This document shows, piece after piece, positions 13,072-23,416 of a DNA stretch of 35,631 bases. A program made the translations under genes and the position numbers. Every line of letters starts with the position of its first letter. Positions within the stretch are counted from its first letter, which is position 1. The notes under the pieces are model-generated. The model was not told where the DNA came from, made no database searches, and saw nothing but the letters and a program-made list of their open reading frames with translations. Where the stretch lies: NCBI GenBank assembly GCA_001662655.1, contig KV460207.1; one strand, 5' to 3'. The stretch is from Pseudogymnoascus verrucosus (Eukaryota).

Positions 13072-13576
13072 GCGGGGACTTGATAAGCTGGTTATAATCA
13101 TTCCGAATACAGTTACCCTCCCTTCAAATCCGGTACGACTGTCGTCGCCTGCGGGGTTGAGGAATGGAGTGCGGGGACCCCAGGTTTTGGTCGGAGCATA
13201 TCCGGGGTCATGGGTTTGTAGCGCCTCGTTATCCCAGCAATCATAGTTCCTTCAGATTACAATATCAACAAGAGCTGAATGGGCGTCGTCATTCCCACTT
13301 TGACGACCTGCGCAGGCAACGCGGGGGGAGATATCGAGTGGCGTAGAGCTATCCTCCAAATGGATGCATGTACGGAGTGGCCCTGCACAGGCACAGATAC
13401 AATATACCAGAAGGATAACAGAGGAGTTGTGACAATTGGAGTGCCACACACACGGTAATTGCCAGTCACATAGGCCAGACCACCCACCCCTGTCGTGCCC
13501 TGTGTGCTCCATCCTCACGCCCCACTTTACCCCACTTTGCCCTGTGTGCTTCCCTCCTCCCCCCCGCTTACCCCGC
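13072..13576. promoter_or_regulatory. Cluster of CreA/Cre1-type SYGGRG sites in the divergent promoter of the transporter and aldolase
   Basis: GCGGGG at 13072, 13151, 13171 and 13321. Reverse-strand copies: CCCCAG 13178, CCCCAC 13530, CCCCGC 13562 and 13571. Confidence 0.55.
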
Positions 13577-13590
13577 CTTACCCTGTGTGT
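13497..13590 (+). repeat. Imperfect tandem repeat of about 41-42 bp (about 2.3 copies) with a CCCTGTGTG core
   Basis: CCCTGTGTG at 13498, 13540 and 13581, separated by similar C-rich spacers. Confidence 0.75.
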
Positions 13591-13607
13591 GACAACCAGT
13601 CATGATT

Positions 13608-13618
13608 TCACGTGATGT
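13608..13618. promoter_or_regulatory. Palindromic E-box TCACGTGA just upstream of a TATA-like element of the aldolase gene
   Basis: TCACGTGATGT at 13608-13618, CATATAAG at 13633-13640, ATG at 13741. Confidence 0.6.
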
Positions 13619-13740
13619 TACCTGGTAGTTATCATATAAGGAGGCTTTCGAGCTGTTAACAGTAACAAGAAAGAAGTCATCCATTCTCACACATCCTACA
13701 CATCCTCACACAATCTTACATTGGCCTATAGTCATTCAGA

Positions 13741-15046
13741 ATGGGCAGCAATTCTATCACCTGGCTGGAGAAGCTGGAGGAGCAGTGTACGTCCACAACA
13801 AAACAGTTTTATGAGAACGGACATGCTAATTTTACATAGTAAATGTCGACGTTGATTCTATGGATCCGACCTTTGCGAAGAGCCTTCCCTTCAAGCCACA
13901 CAACCAAACCAGCAACCAGTTGTTGGTGAACGAGCAGATGTCCATCCCCGAGAATAAGGAGCTGTTTCTCAAGGCGGTAAAGGAGCGTAAAGAACAGGGC
14001 TGGGAAGCTATCCTCACACGCATTGTATGTTTGCAAGCACTGGTGACAGGTTCTGAAACTAACTCTGCGATTCATAGAGCGTCCTCCTCTGCGCCGAGAA
14101 CATCGATAACATTCAAGGCCGTGTCTTGTTGCAAACATCGCCATTCCACGCATACGACACAGATAAGGTTGTTGAGCATGCCCGCGCATATGCGCGCGAA
14201 TTCGAGAGCGTTGGAATCTCCAAGGATCGATTCTGCATTAAGATTCCTTGCACTGGCCCTGCCATGAACGCTGGTCCTATTTTGCTTAAAGATGGCATCC
14301 GAACACTTGGCACTTCGCTCTTTGGACTGCCACAAGCAATTGCTTCAAGCCAAGCTGGATGTCTGTATATCAGCCCCTACTATAACGGTTAGTTTTCATC
14401 AAGTTAAAATATTTACAGCTTACTAACAGAGTTCGTCCCAGAGGTGCGCGCCCACGCCGAGCTGGCTCTCTGGCCAGATGTCGAAGATCCGGCAACACAA
14501 CACACCATGTCTGCAAGAATGATACAGATACTAGAGACGTACAAACGTCTCTACAAGGAGACAGGAAAGGAACAGCCCATGGTGAAATCCGCTAGGTATG
14601 TCGTTGCCATCTTCCTGCGACTGTGTTATATTCCTAACAGCTCTAGTTTCATCTCTCCTAAGGAAGCAATGGCTGCTGGTGAAATGGGTTGCCACCATGC
14701 CACCATCTCGTCTGATGTACTCACTCAGCTCAGCAAGCTCGACTATGACGGTAGCAAGCAGCCAGGAGAAGGCGTACCAAAGCCCATGCATGCGTACAAG
14801 GGTGCAGGTCCAACCCCCGCCCGACTCTTGAAGCTGGCAAAGACAGACCCACTCGCAGCGGCGAACTGGGATGGCAAGTTGGCTAGCACCGACATAGACT
14901 ACCTTGCAAACAATGGAGCCGAGCTAGAAAAGGCTATCGAGGCGGATCCAGTCACCAAGACCCGCCTGTTTGAAGCACTTGATCTTTTCAAAGGCGGGGA
15001 ATTGCGAAGCAAGGCGGCGATTGAGGAGGCAATGAAACAGGTATAA
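13741..15046 (+). CDS. Transaldolase-family (class I Schiff-base) enzyme with FSA-like active-site residues
   Basis: Exons 13741-13786, 13840-14024, 14078-14387, 14442-14595 and 14647-15046. Motifs VDVDSMD, TSNQ, GRVLLQ, catalytic IKIP, GIRTLGTSLFG..Q, ISPYYN, SASF and GCHHATIS. Confidence 0.92.
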
Positions 15047-15185
15047 GGCAACTGTATAGGTTCGCTTCATCATAGCACTTCCTATTTCCTACATAGCACA
15101 GAATGGTTAGCATGAGAGTTAGCATTATAAATGGCGTTCACGTACATTTCTGATGCAAGATCAAACTGAATACCAAGGCTGAAAG

Positions 15186-16330
15186 TTATTGTATGAAGTC
15201 AAAACCACCGTTCTCAGCCCTAGGATGGTTCTGCCCACGAAATTGTGATAAGGAGACACTATTGTTGTATAATAACTGTGTTGAACCGGTGTTGGTATGA
15301 AAAGTTGGCTCGAATAACATATCAAGTGGCCATTCATTGTCAGAAAGCAAATTGTCGAGAAGTTCGCTGTTCAAAGACGTTAGATCCCCAGTCGCAAGAG
15401 AATTGGGCATAGATGAGTATTGTAACGGATTCAATTCCCTTTGTTGTGTTCTAGGATCGTCAGTGTTTGTCTGGAGCGTGTTAAGTGGTAATTGCATTGG
15501 TATAGAATTGGGTAGAGGAGGGGTGGTATCCACTAGACCATTCGTCGGGTTCTCTAATACAGTAGTGAAGTCCGAGTTATCAGGTTGAGTTACGAAATAA
15601 TCGATTTCTCTACCCTGGTCACCCTCAACATCGTCGTATGGGCCATTGTCACCAAATCCACCAGGAAAGGTGCCAAATTCTTCCCGTTCTGCATCCATAA
15701 ACGCCGAAAGCGCCTTTGTTGTTATACGGTGCGGTAGTTGCTGGCTCTCTCCTGGAACGTGAAGATATTGGAGGGCGTTTAGTTGCGTAATAAGTGAATT
15801 GTAATCCGCGAGAAGGTCACGGATTTCGCTAGCAGCAGCAAGGCGGATCGCGCGTTGCTCATTAAGGTACGAGATGCTCTCGTTAACAATGAGAGATTTG
15901 GAAAGCCGACGGGCATGGGCCAGAGGTGGAAGCAGGCGTGCAAGTTCCTATGTGAACACTTAGAAGGAAGCTATTAAAAACATGTAATACATCACCTGAT
16001 GTAAGCCTTCGAACACTGTGCCTGAAAAATATGTCCATCTTGCCAATATAACCGCGTTTATGGATATGCGGCTCTCAGTAAATATTAAGCCAGCACAGGC
16101 TCCAGAAGGCTACCAACAGATCACGGGACAGACTTGGAACCTACAAGAAAGCTTTGATTAAGAGCTTCGCGCCTCTGCTTTTCAATAGAGCGATGTGAAG
16201 CTCGATCCTCGGAAGTAAAGGCCCGTACCCGCTTCTTGGACTTTCGTTTTCCATCTTTTGCCAACAGTGGCTGATCCGATATTCCAGCCCTCCCAGGAAC
16301 CCCCGTTACGTCATTGACTAGAGCCATCAT
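15186..16330 (-). CDS. bHLH transcription factor with an acidic C-terminal region
   Basis: Exons 16330-16145 and 15947-15186. The spliced bHLH reads RASHRSIEKQRREALNQSFLELARLLPPLAHARRLSKSLIVNESISYL, followed by a coiled-coil-like helix and an acidic tail. Confidence 0.88.
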
Positions 16331-16539
16331 AGTGCTGTATAATTATCCGAAGGAAACCCAACTCTTTAATACTTCTTAGAGGATCTAAGAAGCTACAAAT
16401 TGAAATCTAATTTCGGCAGCTTGTAAATAGTTGTATTGTTACACTTATTCCGAAGCCAGTCAATTCGCGATTTAGACAGGCCTTCCCCGCACTTTCCTAA
16501 GTACAAACTAGGAATAAGTCTTTCCGAGATGCCATCCCC

Positions 16540-16550
16540 ACATCACGTGA
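16540..16550. promoter_or_regulatory. E-box ACATCACGTGA upstream of the bHLH gene
   Basis: Exact reverse complement of 13608-13618; about 210 bp upstream of the bHLH ATG. Confidence 0.55.
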
Positions 16551-17208
16551 GAGCAATCTGAAATCTTTCATGTTGCAAAAGCGCCCACCAGTCCTAATCT
16601 TCATTACCTTGCGGATATCCTCCGTAAGGCGCGGGAGATAAATGTCAATCTCGACGATGTATCTGATGATGAATGCGACCACAAGGAATGGAAGTTTCAT
16701 TCATGGCGGGACAGAACTGAGGCGTCCAGTGCTGGGATGGTTAATTATATTTCGTTCTTCCATAGAGATTACACCGCTGAAACCGCGGGCGATATGCCAG
16801 ATCAGGGAGGTATGTACGAGGAGTTTTATGCCGATCTAAGATCCGTCAACCTTTATGTCTGCCATCACGAGCTATAGCAGAAACATTTTCATGGAAAGAC
16901 CGAATTAGCTCTCTGTTGTGCTGATAACGTACTCCACATGCGGGTGGTTGAGTGATCCACACAAGCAAGTGGTGCACTAAACCAGATATCCTAGCCTCCA
17001 TATTTTACTGTGCTTTTCTCGACCCAGCATGCGGAGATCTTGTAAAGAGAAAGGCAGCTAATTGAATCTGACATTCTACCCGTAGAAGAGATATGTGTAG
17101 CGCGGACAAAAGGGGGGAATTAAATTGATAGTCACATGTAATGGTGTCGTTGATGTCATGTGATGATAAGATAGACAACCCTGGAAAACCACCTTAATCT
17201 TCCGGGTT

Positions 17209-17452
17209 CCGAGGATTGCGCCGAGGTTCAGCGACCATTAAGTGGATGCTCCCGAGATACTCGCATACAAGCCGGCAACAATCGCATCCCTCCCAAAATA
17301 TGCACGCCTATATCGCAACAACATTCCCGGAGGCCATTGATTTTCCGCTCTCCACTAGCCCGCCAGACCTGTCTCTCACTGACATACCTCACGTCGAATT
17401 CTTCATATCTGAGATTCGAAGAAACAGTATCATCAAACTGACGTAGCCTCGG
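17209..17452. promoter_or_regulatory. Three FarA/FarB (CTF1)-type CCTCGG/CCGAGG fatty-acid response motifs upstream of ANT1
   Basis: CCGAGG at 17209 and 17221, and CCTCGG at 17447. This motif is established for peroxisomal and fatty-acid genes in filamentous fungi. Confidence 0.65.
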
Positions 17453-17532
17453 CAACAGCACGACATTTCGAAGTGCGGGCCAGGTTTGGAAAAGGAAATA
17501 TACACCTAGAATAACGAAGACACGCCGCTGCA

Positions 17533-18717
17533 ATGGCTGGACAATCAAAGGAGGCACCTATCCCTCCTTGGGGCCTCGCGGTCGCTGGCGCGACTGGTGC
17601 AGTCCTTGCCAACGCTCTGGTGTACCCTCTCGACATGTGAGTATCACCGTGCCCCACAAGCCTCCTAAGTCGATGAACAACTCTAATCCTCTTCTGCAAC
17701 AGCGTCAAGACTCGTATACAGGTCCAAGTCAAGCGGAAGGCAACTGATGCTCCCCCTTCCGCGGGGGACCCCGCACACTACGACTCGACATGGGACGCTA
17801 TCACCAAGATCGTTGACTCTGATGGATACGCAGGCCTGTACGCCGGCATCCAGGGGGCCCTGATCGGCGTGGCCTCGACCAACTTCGCATACTTCTACTG
17901 GTACTCCGTCGTGAGGACCCTGTACATGTCGTCGCGAAAGGACACAGCCGCGCCTGGAACGCTGGTGGAGCTGTCTCTCGGTGCGGTCGCAGGCTCTGTG
18001 GCCCAGATCTTCACGATCCCCGTTGCGGTCGTCACAACGCGTCAGCAGACGCAGTCAAAGGGCGAGCAGAAGGGCATGATTGACACTGGGAGGGAGGTCA
18101 TCAACAGTGAGGATGGGTGGACTGGTCTTTGGAGAGGCCTCAAGGCTAGCTTGGTCCTTGTGGTCAATCCAGCCATCACTTATGGTGCCTACCAACGCCT
18201 GAAGGACGTCATGTACCCGGGGAAGGCAAACTTAAGGCCCATGGAGGCTTTCCGTAAGTACTCGTGCTGACACCTGGTTGCCTAGAGGGTTGTTTCTAAC
18301 GAATTCTCCGTTTAGTTCTCGGTGCTATGTCGAAGTCCCTAGCAACTATTGCTACACAGCCACTTATCGTTGCGAAGGTGGGCCTGCAGTCGAAGCCCCC
18401 GCCTTCCCGCCAGGGTAAGCCCTTCAAGAGCTTCGTCGAGGTGATGGAGTTCATCGTCAAGAACGAGGGCCTCCTAGGTCTGTTCAAGGGGATTGGTCCC
18501 CAAATCACAAAGGGACTTCTTGTCCAGGGTCTCCTCATGATGACCAAGGAACGGTAAGATTCTACGCACTCTGTTCACTTTAAGGCGTAGTTACTGACGT
18601 ATATATAGCATGGAACTTCTATTCGTCCTGCTCTTCCGCTATATCCGCAAGATGAGGAGCGAGCAACTCCAGAAAGCCGCCGCGCTGGTGGCCGCCAAGG
18701 CGCCGCTTATCAAATAG
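17533..18717 (+). CDS. ANT1: Peroxisomal adenine nucleotide carrier (mitochondrial carrier family, ANT1/PMP47)
   Basis: Exons 17533-17636, 17703-18253, 18316-18553 and 18609-18717. Carrier signatures YPLDIVKTRIQ, IPVAVVTTRQQ and QPLIVAKVGLQ, plus TNFAYFYWY and LVVNPAITYG. Confidence 0.92.
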
Positions 18718-19289
18718 ATTCCACCTGTGTGGAGTGTAGATAAGAAAGAGTTTGGCGTCATTTTGGCTACGATTGTACGAGTCTGGGAGGGTCACAGTAA
18801 ATATAGAAATATTTAGACAAGCTGTTCGCGAGCATTTATTTTATGTAGACACAGTCAATTAGAAACATCTATTGAACTACTCGTGCGTGGCAATCCGTAG
18901 CGGAGACTACCATAGCAGCCACCAGAATACGCCGAGCAAGAACAAAACGCAGGTTCTCAATCACTGTTTACAGCAACAATAAATAAAATAAAGATATTTA
19001 GTTACTCATCACCATCTTATGGGTTATACCGACTGTAAGTAGAATTAGGATCTCAATCAACTAAGAGTAAAATTCTCATATTCGGTCCGAAACCGAAACA
19101 CGCATTATGGCTTCAGCAACAACCCGAGGAAAGGCGTTTATATCCGAAATCTAACCATCATATTTAGAACTTGAAGTGTAAAAGCACAGCATTCGATTTT
19201 ATTATACTCTATACAATCTATTAAAGTTTTGCCTATACGTTTATTCCATCGCCATCCGTTACCAGACACTCATTACCCCGTTGAAACCC

Positions 19290-20428
19290 TTAGAATCGAG
19301 CGGGACTCTGAATTTGACCCTCGACAGCTTCATTGGAAGCTCCACCGCCTCCTCCGCCGCTCTGCAGCTGACCATCGTTGATTTGTTGAGCAGCGCCTCC
19401 TCCCGTGCCGCTTCCAGAGGGTTGTCCACCACCAGAGGCACCGCCTCCTCCTGCGTTGTTTCCAGCGGGCTGCTGACCACCAGAGGCGCCGCCGCCTCCT
19501 CCTCCTGCGCCACTGCCGCTCGGCTGTGAGCCTCCCGCGCACGAAGCACAAGTTGGTGCGCCGCCACTAGCTCCACCGCCGCTGGGACTGGCTCCTCCTC
19601 CGCTCCCACTCCCAGCACCTGGTTGAGTGCCGGAGGTTCCACCGCTAGGTGCTCCAGGCTGGGTGCCAGAGCCGCCCTGCTGAGCACCGGGGCTCTGGAT
19701 TTGCCCCTCTCCAGCCTCACCTGCGGCACCTCCCTGCTGTGCACCGGGGCTTTGGATTTGCCCCTCTCCAGCCTCACCTGCGGCACCTCCCTGCTGCGCC
19801 ACAGCAGGATTCTGGACTTGGCCATCTCCCAGCTGTTGTCCCGCACCGCTCTGGGGCTGGCCATCTCCCACCTGAGAAACTGGTGGATCACCGGGAGGAT
19901 CACCACCGCTGGCACAGCTGATGATGTCGATGGTGATCGGCTCGCACTGCGGGGCGATGGACTCATCATATAGATTGAAAAAGTTACCCGAGCGGCATTG
20001 GAAGAAGTTGGTGGAGCCCCTCAAGCCGAGCTTGTTGTTGCAGACGGAAAATCCGCTGGTGGTAATGGCGTTTACCTGGCCAGGAGCGGGGTCGAACTGG
20101 AATTGATGGTTGGACACGATTGATCCAATGCGGCCCTGTGCGTCCGTGAGAACACCGTCTTTCAAGGTGGCTACAAGGCTTCCGGAGGAACCGCACTGAA
20201 TAGAGTTTAGCTTAGTAGGTTCGTTGGCGTTTGGTGAGGGGGACAAACCTGGGCGCGCTTCATCATCCTGGGGGTTGCCGGGGTGGATCCTGACACAACC
20301 TTGATCTGGAAGCTACCCTCAAAGCTGGGCTGGCAACCAGACGAGCCGGCCTGCGGCATCGCAGAACCGTTCACACTGGTGGTGAGGGTAGCAGCTGCGA
20401 GAGCAGCAGCAGCGAATGTGTAACGCAT
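19290..20428 (-). CDS. Secreted PIR-family (Cis3-like) cell wall protein with a Gly-rich tail
   Basis: Exons 20428-20249 and 20195-19290. Signal peptide, a KR site, the PIR Cys domain (LTDAQGRIGSIVSNHQFQFD..GFSVC..FFQCRSGNFFNLYD..PQC) and six DGQ/EGQ PIR-like repeats. Confidence 0.9.
19675..19796. repeat. 57-bp near-perfect coding tandem repeat (19 aa, QQGGAAGEAGEGQIQSPGA)
   Basis: CCCTGCTG recurs at 19675, 19732 and 19789, with nearly identical units. Confidence 0.9.
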
Positions 20429-21894
20429 GATAGCTATTATTGAGAACGAAGGGTCCGGGTTACAGCAATACAACGAACGTTATGTTGTAAGGTGGAAAAA
20501 GGAAAAGGTTAGGAAAGAGGAAATCGTGCTGCTTTGTAGGCCTCTCGAGGCAGAGCTAAGACTGACGGATGACAGACCCACAGTAATACCTGGCATGAGA
20601 ATGCTGGAATCAGGACATACTCGTAGCCGTGGTTCATTAGATGAGACAACAGAAATAGCTGGCAGCAGTTGGCAAGTAGCGAGGACCTCCACACGATGAC
20701 AGATTTTCTTACGTGTGGTTGAAATAAAGTAAAACACTCGGCCCGCAGGTTGCGAAGGAGAGAAAACACTTATTCCCACCTATTAGCACCGAAGAAGGGA
20801 GTGTGCTTCCCATAATAACCCGGGGACATGACGAAATGGCTGCTGAAGGCCGCTTGGGAGTGTGGAGCTTAACTTAGCCCAGACTGATGCATGCAACCCC
20901 AGCTCAGAGCAAATATAGCGTGTGATAGATAAGCCTTGTTGGTGTGCAGATCCCAAGTCCGGACTATACCACAACACTAAAAATGTGAATTCACACCCGT
21001 GCGCGCGTATTGCCATTTATTTGCTCAGCATTGGGGCCGAGAACATGCTTGGGTAACAGGGTCCTAGAAGGGTCAACCAATAAATGCGCCGGTGCAACTA
21101 ATGACCCTTCAGGCCGTAGCTAGTGACGAAAAAGGGTCCTCAAATCATACGACGATGATTTCAAGGCAGAGAAGACCCACGAGAATTCCACATGAGGAAC
21201 TTGCACACTGTGGACCAGACGATACTTTTCATGGGACTCGGATGCAATTCCAACTAACTTTAGCCAGTATCTGATCTGCGAACCACAATGAGAATGAGAC
21301 GTTCACCTCCACCGTGCGTTGGGCTGCTGAGTAAGGACTTGAAGTGAAGACGAGTTGAAAGTAGTAATATAGGAAACAAGAAATATCGCAGTATTGCTAC
21401 CACGAGAAATTCCCCCCTCCCGCTATTACCTTGCTATCATCTTGAGTTTATAATTTTCGAGTTCATATTGGACCCATCTCTTCGACGACTATTTAAGGTT
21501 TCGGCATCACTGCCAAGATATATTCAGAGAAGCACCGTCTCTCACGCTAAGCCTAGCTAGGAAGTCCTGCTCTAACAACTTGCATGGCATAGAATTTGTG
21601 AGACACAACCTCAAAAGAGAGTATAATTATGGAATATAATCACCATACACAATCTTTCTCAGTACGAACACGTTTAATGACTGCACATTGTCTATCATAA
21701 GTGCAATTCTCTAGCAGAATGAGGGTTATTGGCCTCTATTAACCGACCTCCAACTCTGACGTAAATAGCTCAGCCTCGTGTCTCGACTGCAACAGCAAGT
21801 GGAGATAACCATACTTTGCCCTCGAATTAACTACTACAATACCCTCAAAATGTTTCCAGTTTTTGAACGCCTGCTCCACAAGTCGATCGTCTCA

Positions 21895-23068
21895 TTATTT
21901 CGTTTTCCAGTCTTTCATCATCAGCCCTCAAGTATACAGTACAGTGGAGTCGGAAATAACATACCGAAAGTAGCCGGCTCTTCCAGCCGTTTGACGACGC
22001 TTACATCATCTCCGATGCTGACGTTGCTGCCAGCTCCCTTTCCCAAATATCCGTATCTTCCAAAGATCGGACTGTACTTGTTGCCCTTATCCACCCTGCG
22101 GTCAGGCATCAACTTCTTCAGCATTGTCCCCTTCTCACCCAGGGCCTGCTTGCCGGTCGAATAGTCGATGTTGATACTGGCACACCGTGCACAGTTGGCA
22201 GTCAATGCTAGCTCAACCTCAACACCATCCTTATTCTCGATATTTATTTGTCCCCATAAATCTTCATACCAGGCACCCTCAGCTCCACTGAGGACAATGT
22301 TGGGACGGAACTTACGGATATCCATCTCCATACCTTCAGGTAGTCGCGATGACGTTTCCGCAAGCGACTCCTCTGTAACAACTAGGAACATGGCAATATC
22401 GGCAAATGTTATACCTGGAGGTCGCCATTCCTCTCCTTTCGCCACGATGCTAGCAGGAAGGTAGGATGAGAGATACCGTGAAACTGAACGGGCTGTAGAG
22501 GCAACAGCACTTTCTGCGGCAGAAGGCCAGAGAGAGCCCAATACTTTCCTCCTCATGGTGCCGATATATGCGAGTACAACCTCATAGCCGAACTGAGCTG
22601 AAAACCAATCGTTGTATTCGGCGCCCATATCATAAGCTCGAGTAGGCGAGTTATACATCACAACGTCGACCATCTCCAAGTTTTCCGTATCTGGTACGAA
22701 CGGTATTGTTATAGTCGTAGGCGGCAGACTGCTCGATGGGCCAGCATACGTGACTGTAAACTCCTCGAGACTATCCCCATCTCCATCACTTGTTTCCACG
22801 AGGGCTGTTTTGAAGAGTGCCATCTCAGTCAGTCTTGAAACGTGCATATTATTGAGCTTCCTCGGCTCATTATCTCCACCCTCCACGCGGAGCAACATGA
22901 ATGTGCGATCATATTGTAAGCCTGTGCCTACTACTGTCGCGGACGACAATGCAATTCCGCGCAGGGATTTGACTGGATAGATGTAAAGCTATTCCAGGAG
23001 TTAGATTGAGTAAATGCCAGTAATTGTTCTGCCTCAGTTTCTGGACGGCTTACTTGAGTGACCTTCAT
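21895..23068 (-). CDS. MOSC domain protein (mARC/YcbX-like)
   Basis: A 15-nt first exon (MKVTQ) splices to LYIYPVKSLRG. Motifs DRTFML, FADIAMFLV, KFRPNIV, EDLW and NCARC. A short last exon 21911-21895 (DWKTK*) is inferred from G|GTATGT..GCTGAT..AAG. Confidence 0.9.
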
Positions 23069-23416
23069 GGTCACAGAGTCTAACCCCACTAGTTAAAAGA
23101 ATAGAAACTGTGAAAATTGTTAAATCGGAGACGGATTGAATTTTAGACTTGAAGAAATTGTTTAGATGTAGAAATAATATATTTGGGCACTGAGATGGAT
23201 CTTAAATATGTTGTGATTGGAGATAAAGCTGACCAAATCTCGGCCTGTGGTGTGGTACGTTACCCCGCGAACGATCACTCCATGTAGGAAAGGGCGCTCC
23301 GCCACCCCAAATCCGGAAGAAAAGAGGCGGGACGCAACTAGACCGCGCGTATCCGTCAGTAATTACGACAATATGCCAGACAAGGATCTCTCAATTACTT
23401 TCCAACAAACTCTAGC

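Noticed and set aside
13497..13590. Regularly spaced repeats superficially resembling a CRISPR array
   Set aside because: This is eukaryotic DNA, the core is only 9-12 bp, the spacers resemble each other and there are no cas genes.
13741..15046. Recent horizontal transfer of bacterial fsa
   Set aside because: The gene has four canonical introns, and the protein is much longer than the roughly 220-aa bacterial FSA. Any transfer would be ancient and needs a phylogeny.
15996..16021. Possible 26-nt poison cassette exon within the 197-nt bHLH intron (TTTTTCAG..CAG|GTGATG)
   Set aside because: The donor is weak and there is no clear upstream branch point; it is unsupported without RNA data.
16664..16720. 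C/D-box-like motifs (TGATGA..CTGA)
   Set aside because: The span is too short, there is no terminal stem and I recognised no rRNA guide.
19259..19969. 236-aa alternative-frame ORF over the PIR gene
   Set aside because: It arises from the stop-poor Gly-rich repeats; the PIR frame explains the sequence.
20450..21890. Short ORFs in the PIR-MOSC intergenic region
   Set aside because: They show no motifs, codon bias or splice structure, and are likely promoter or UTR sequence.
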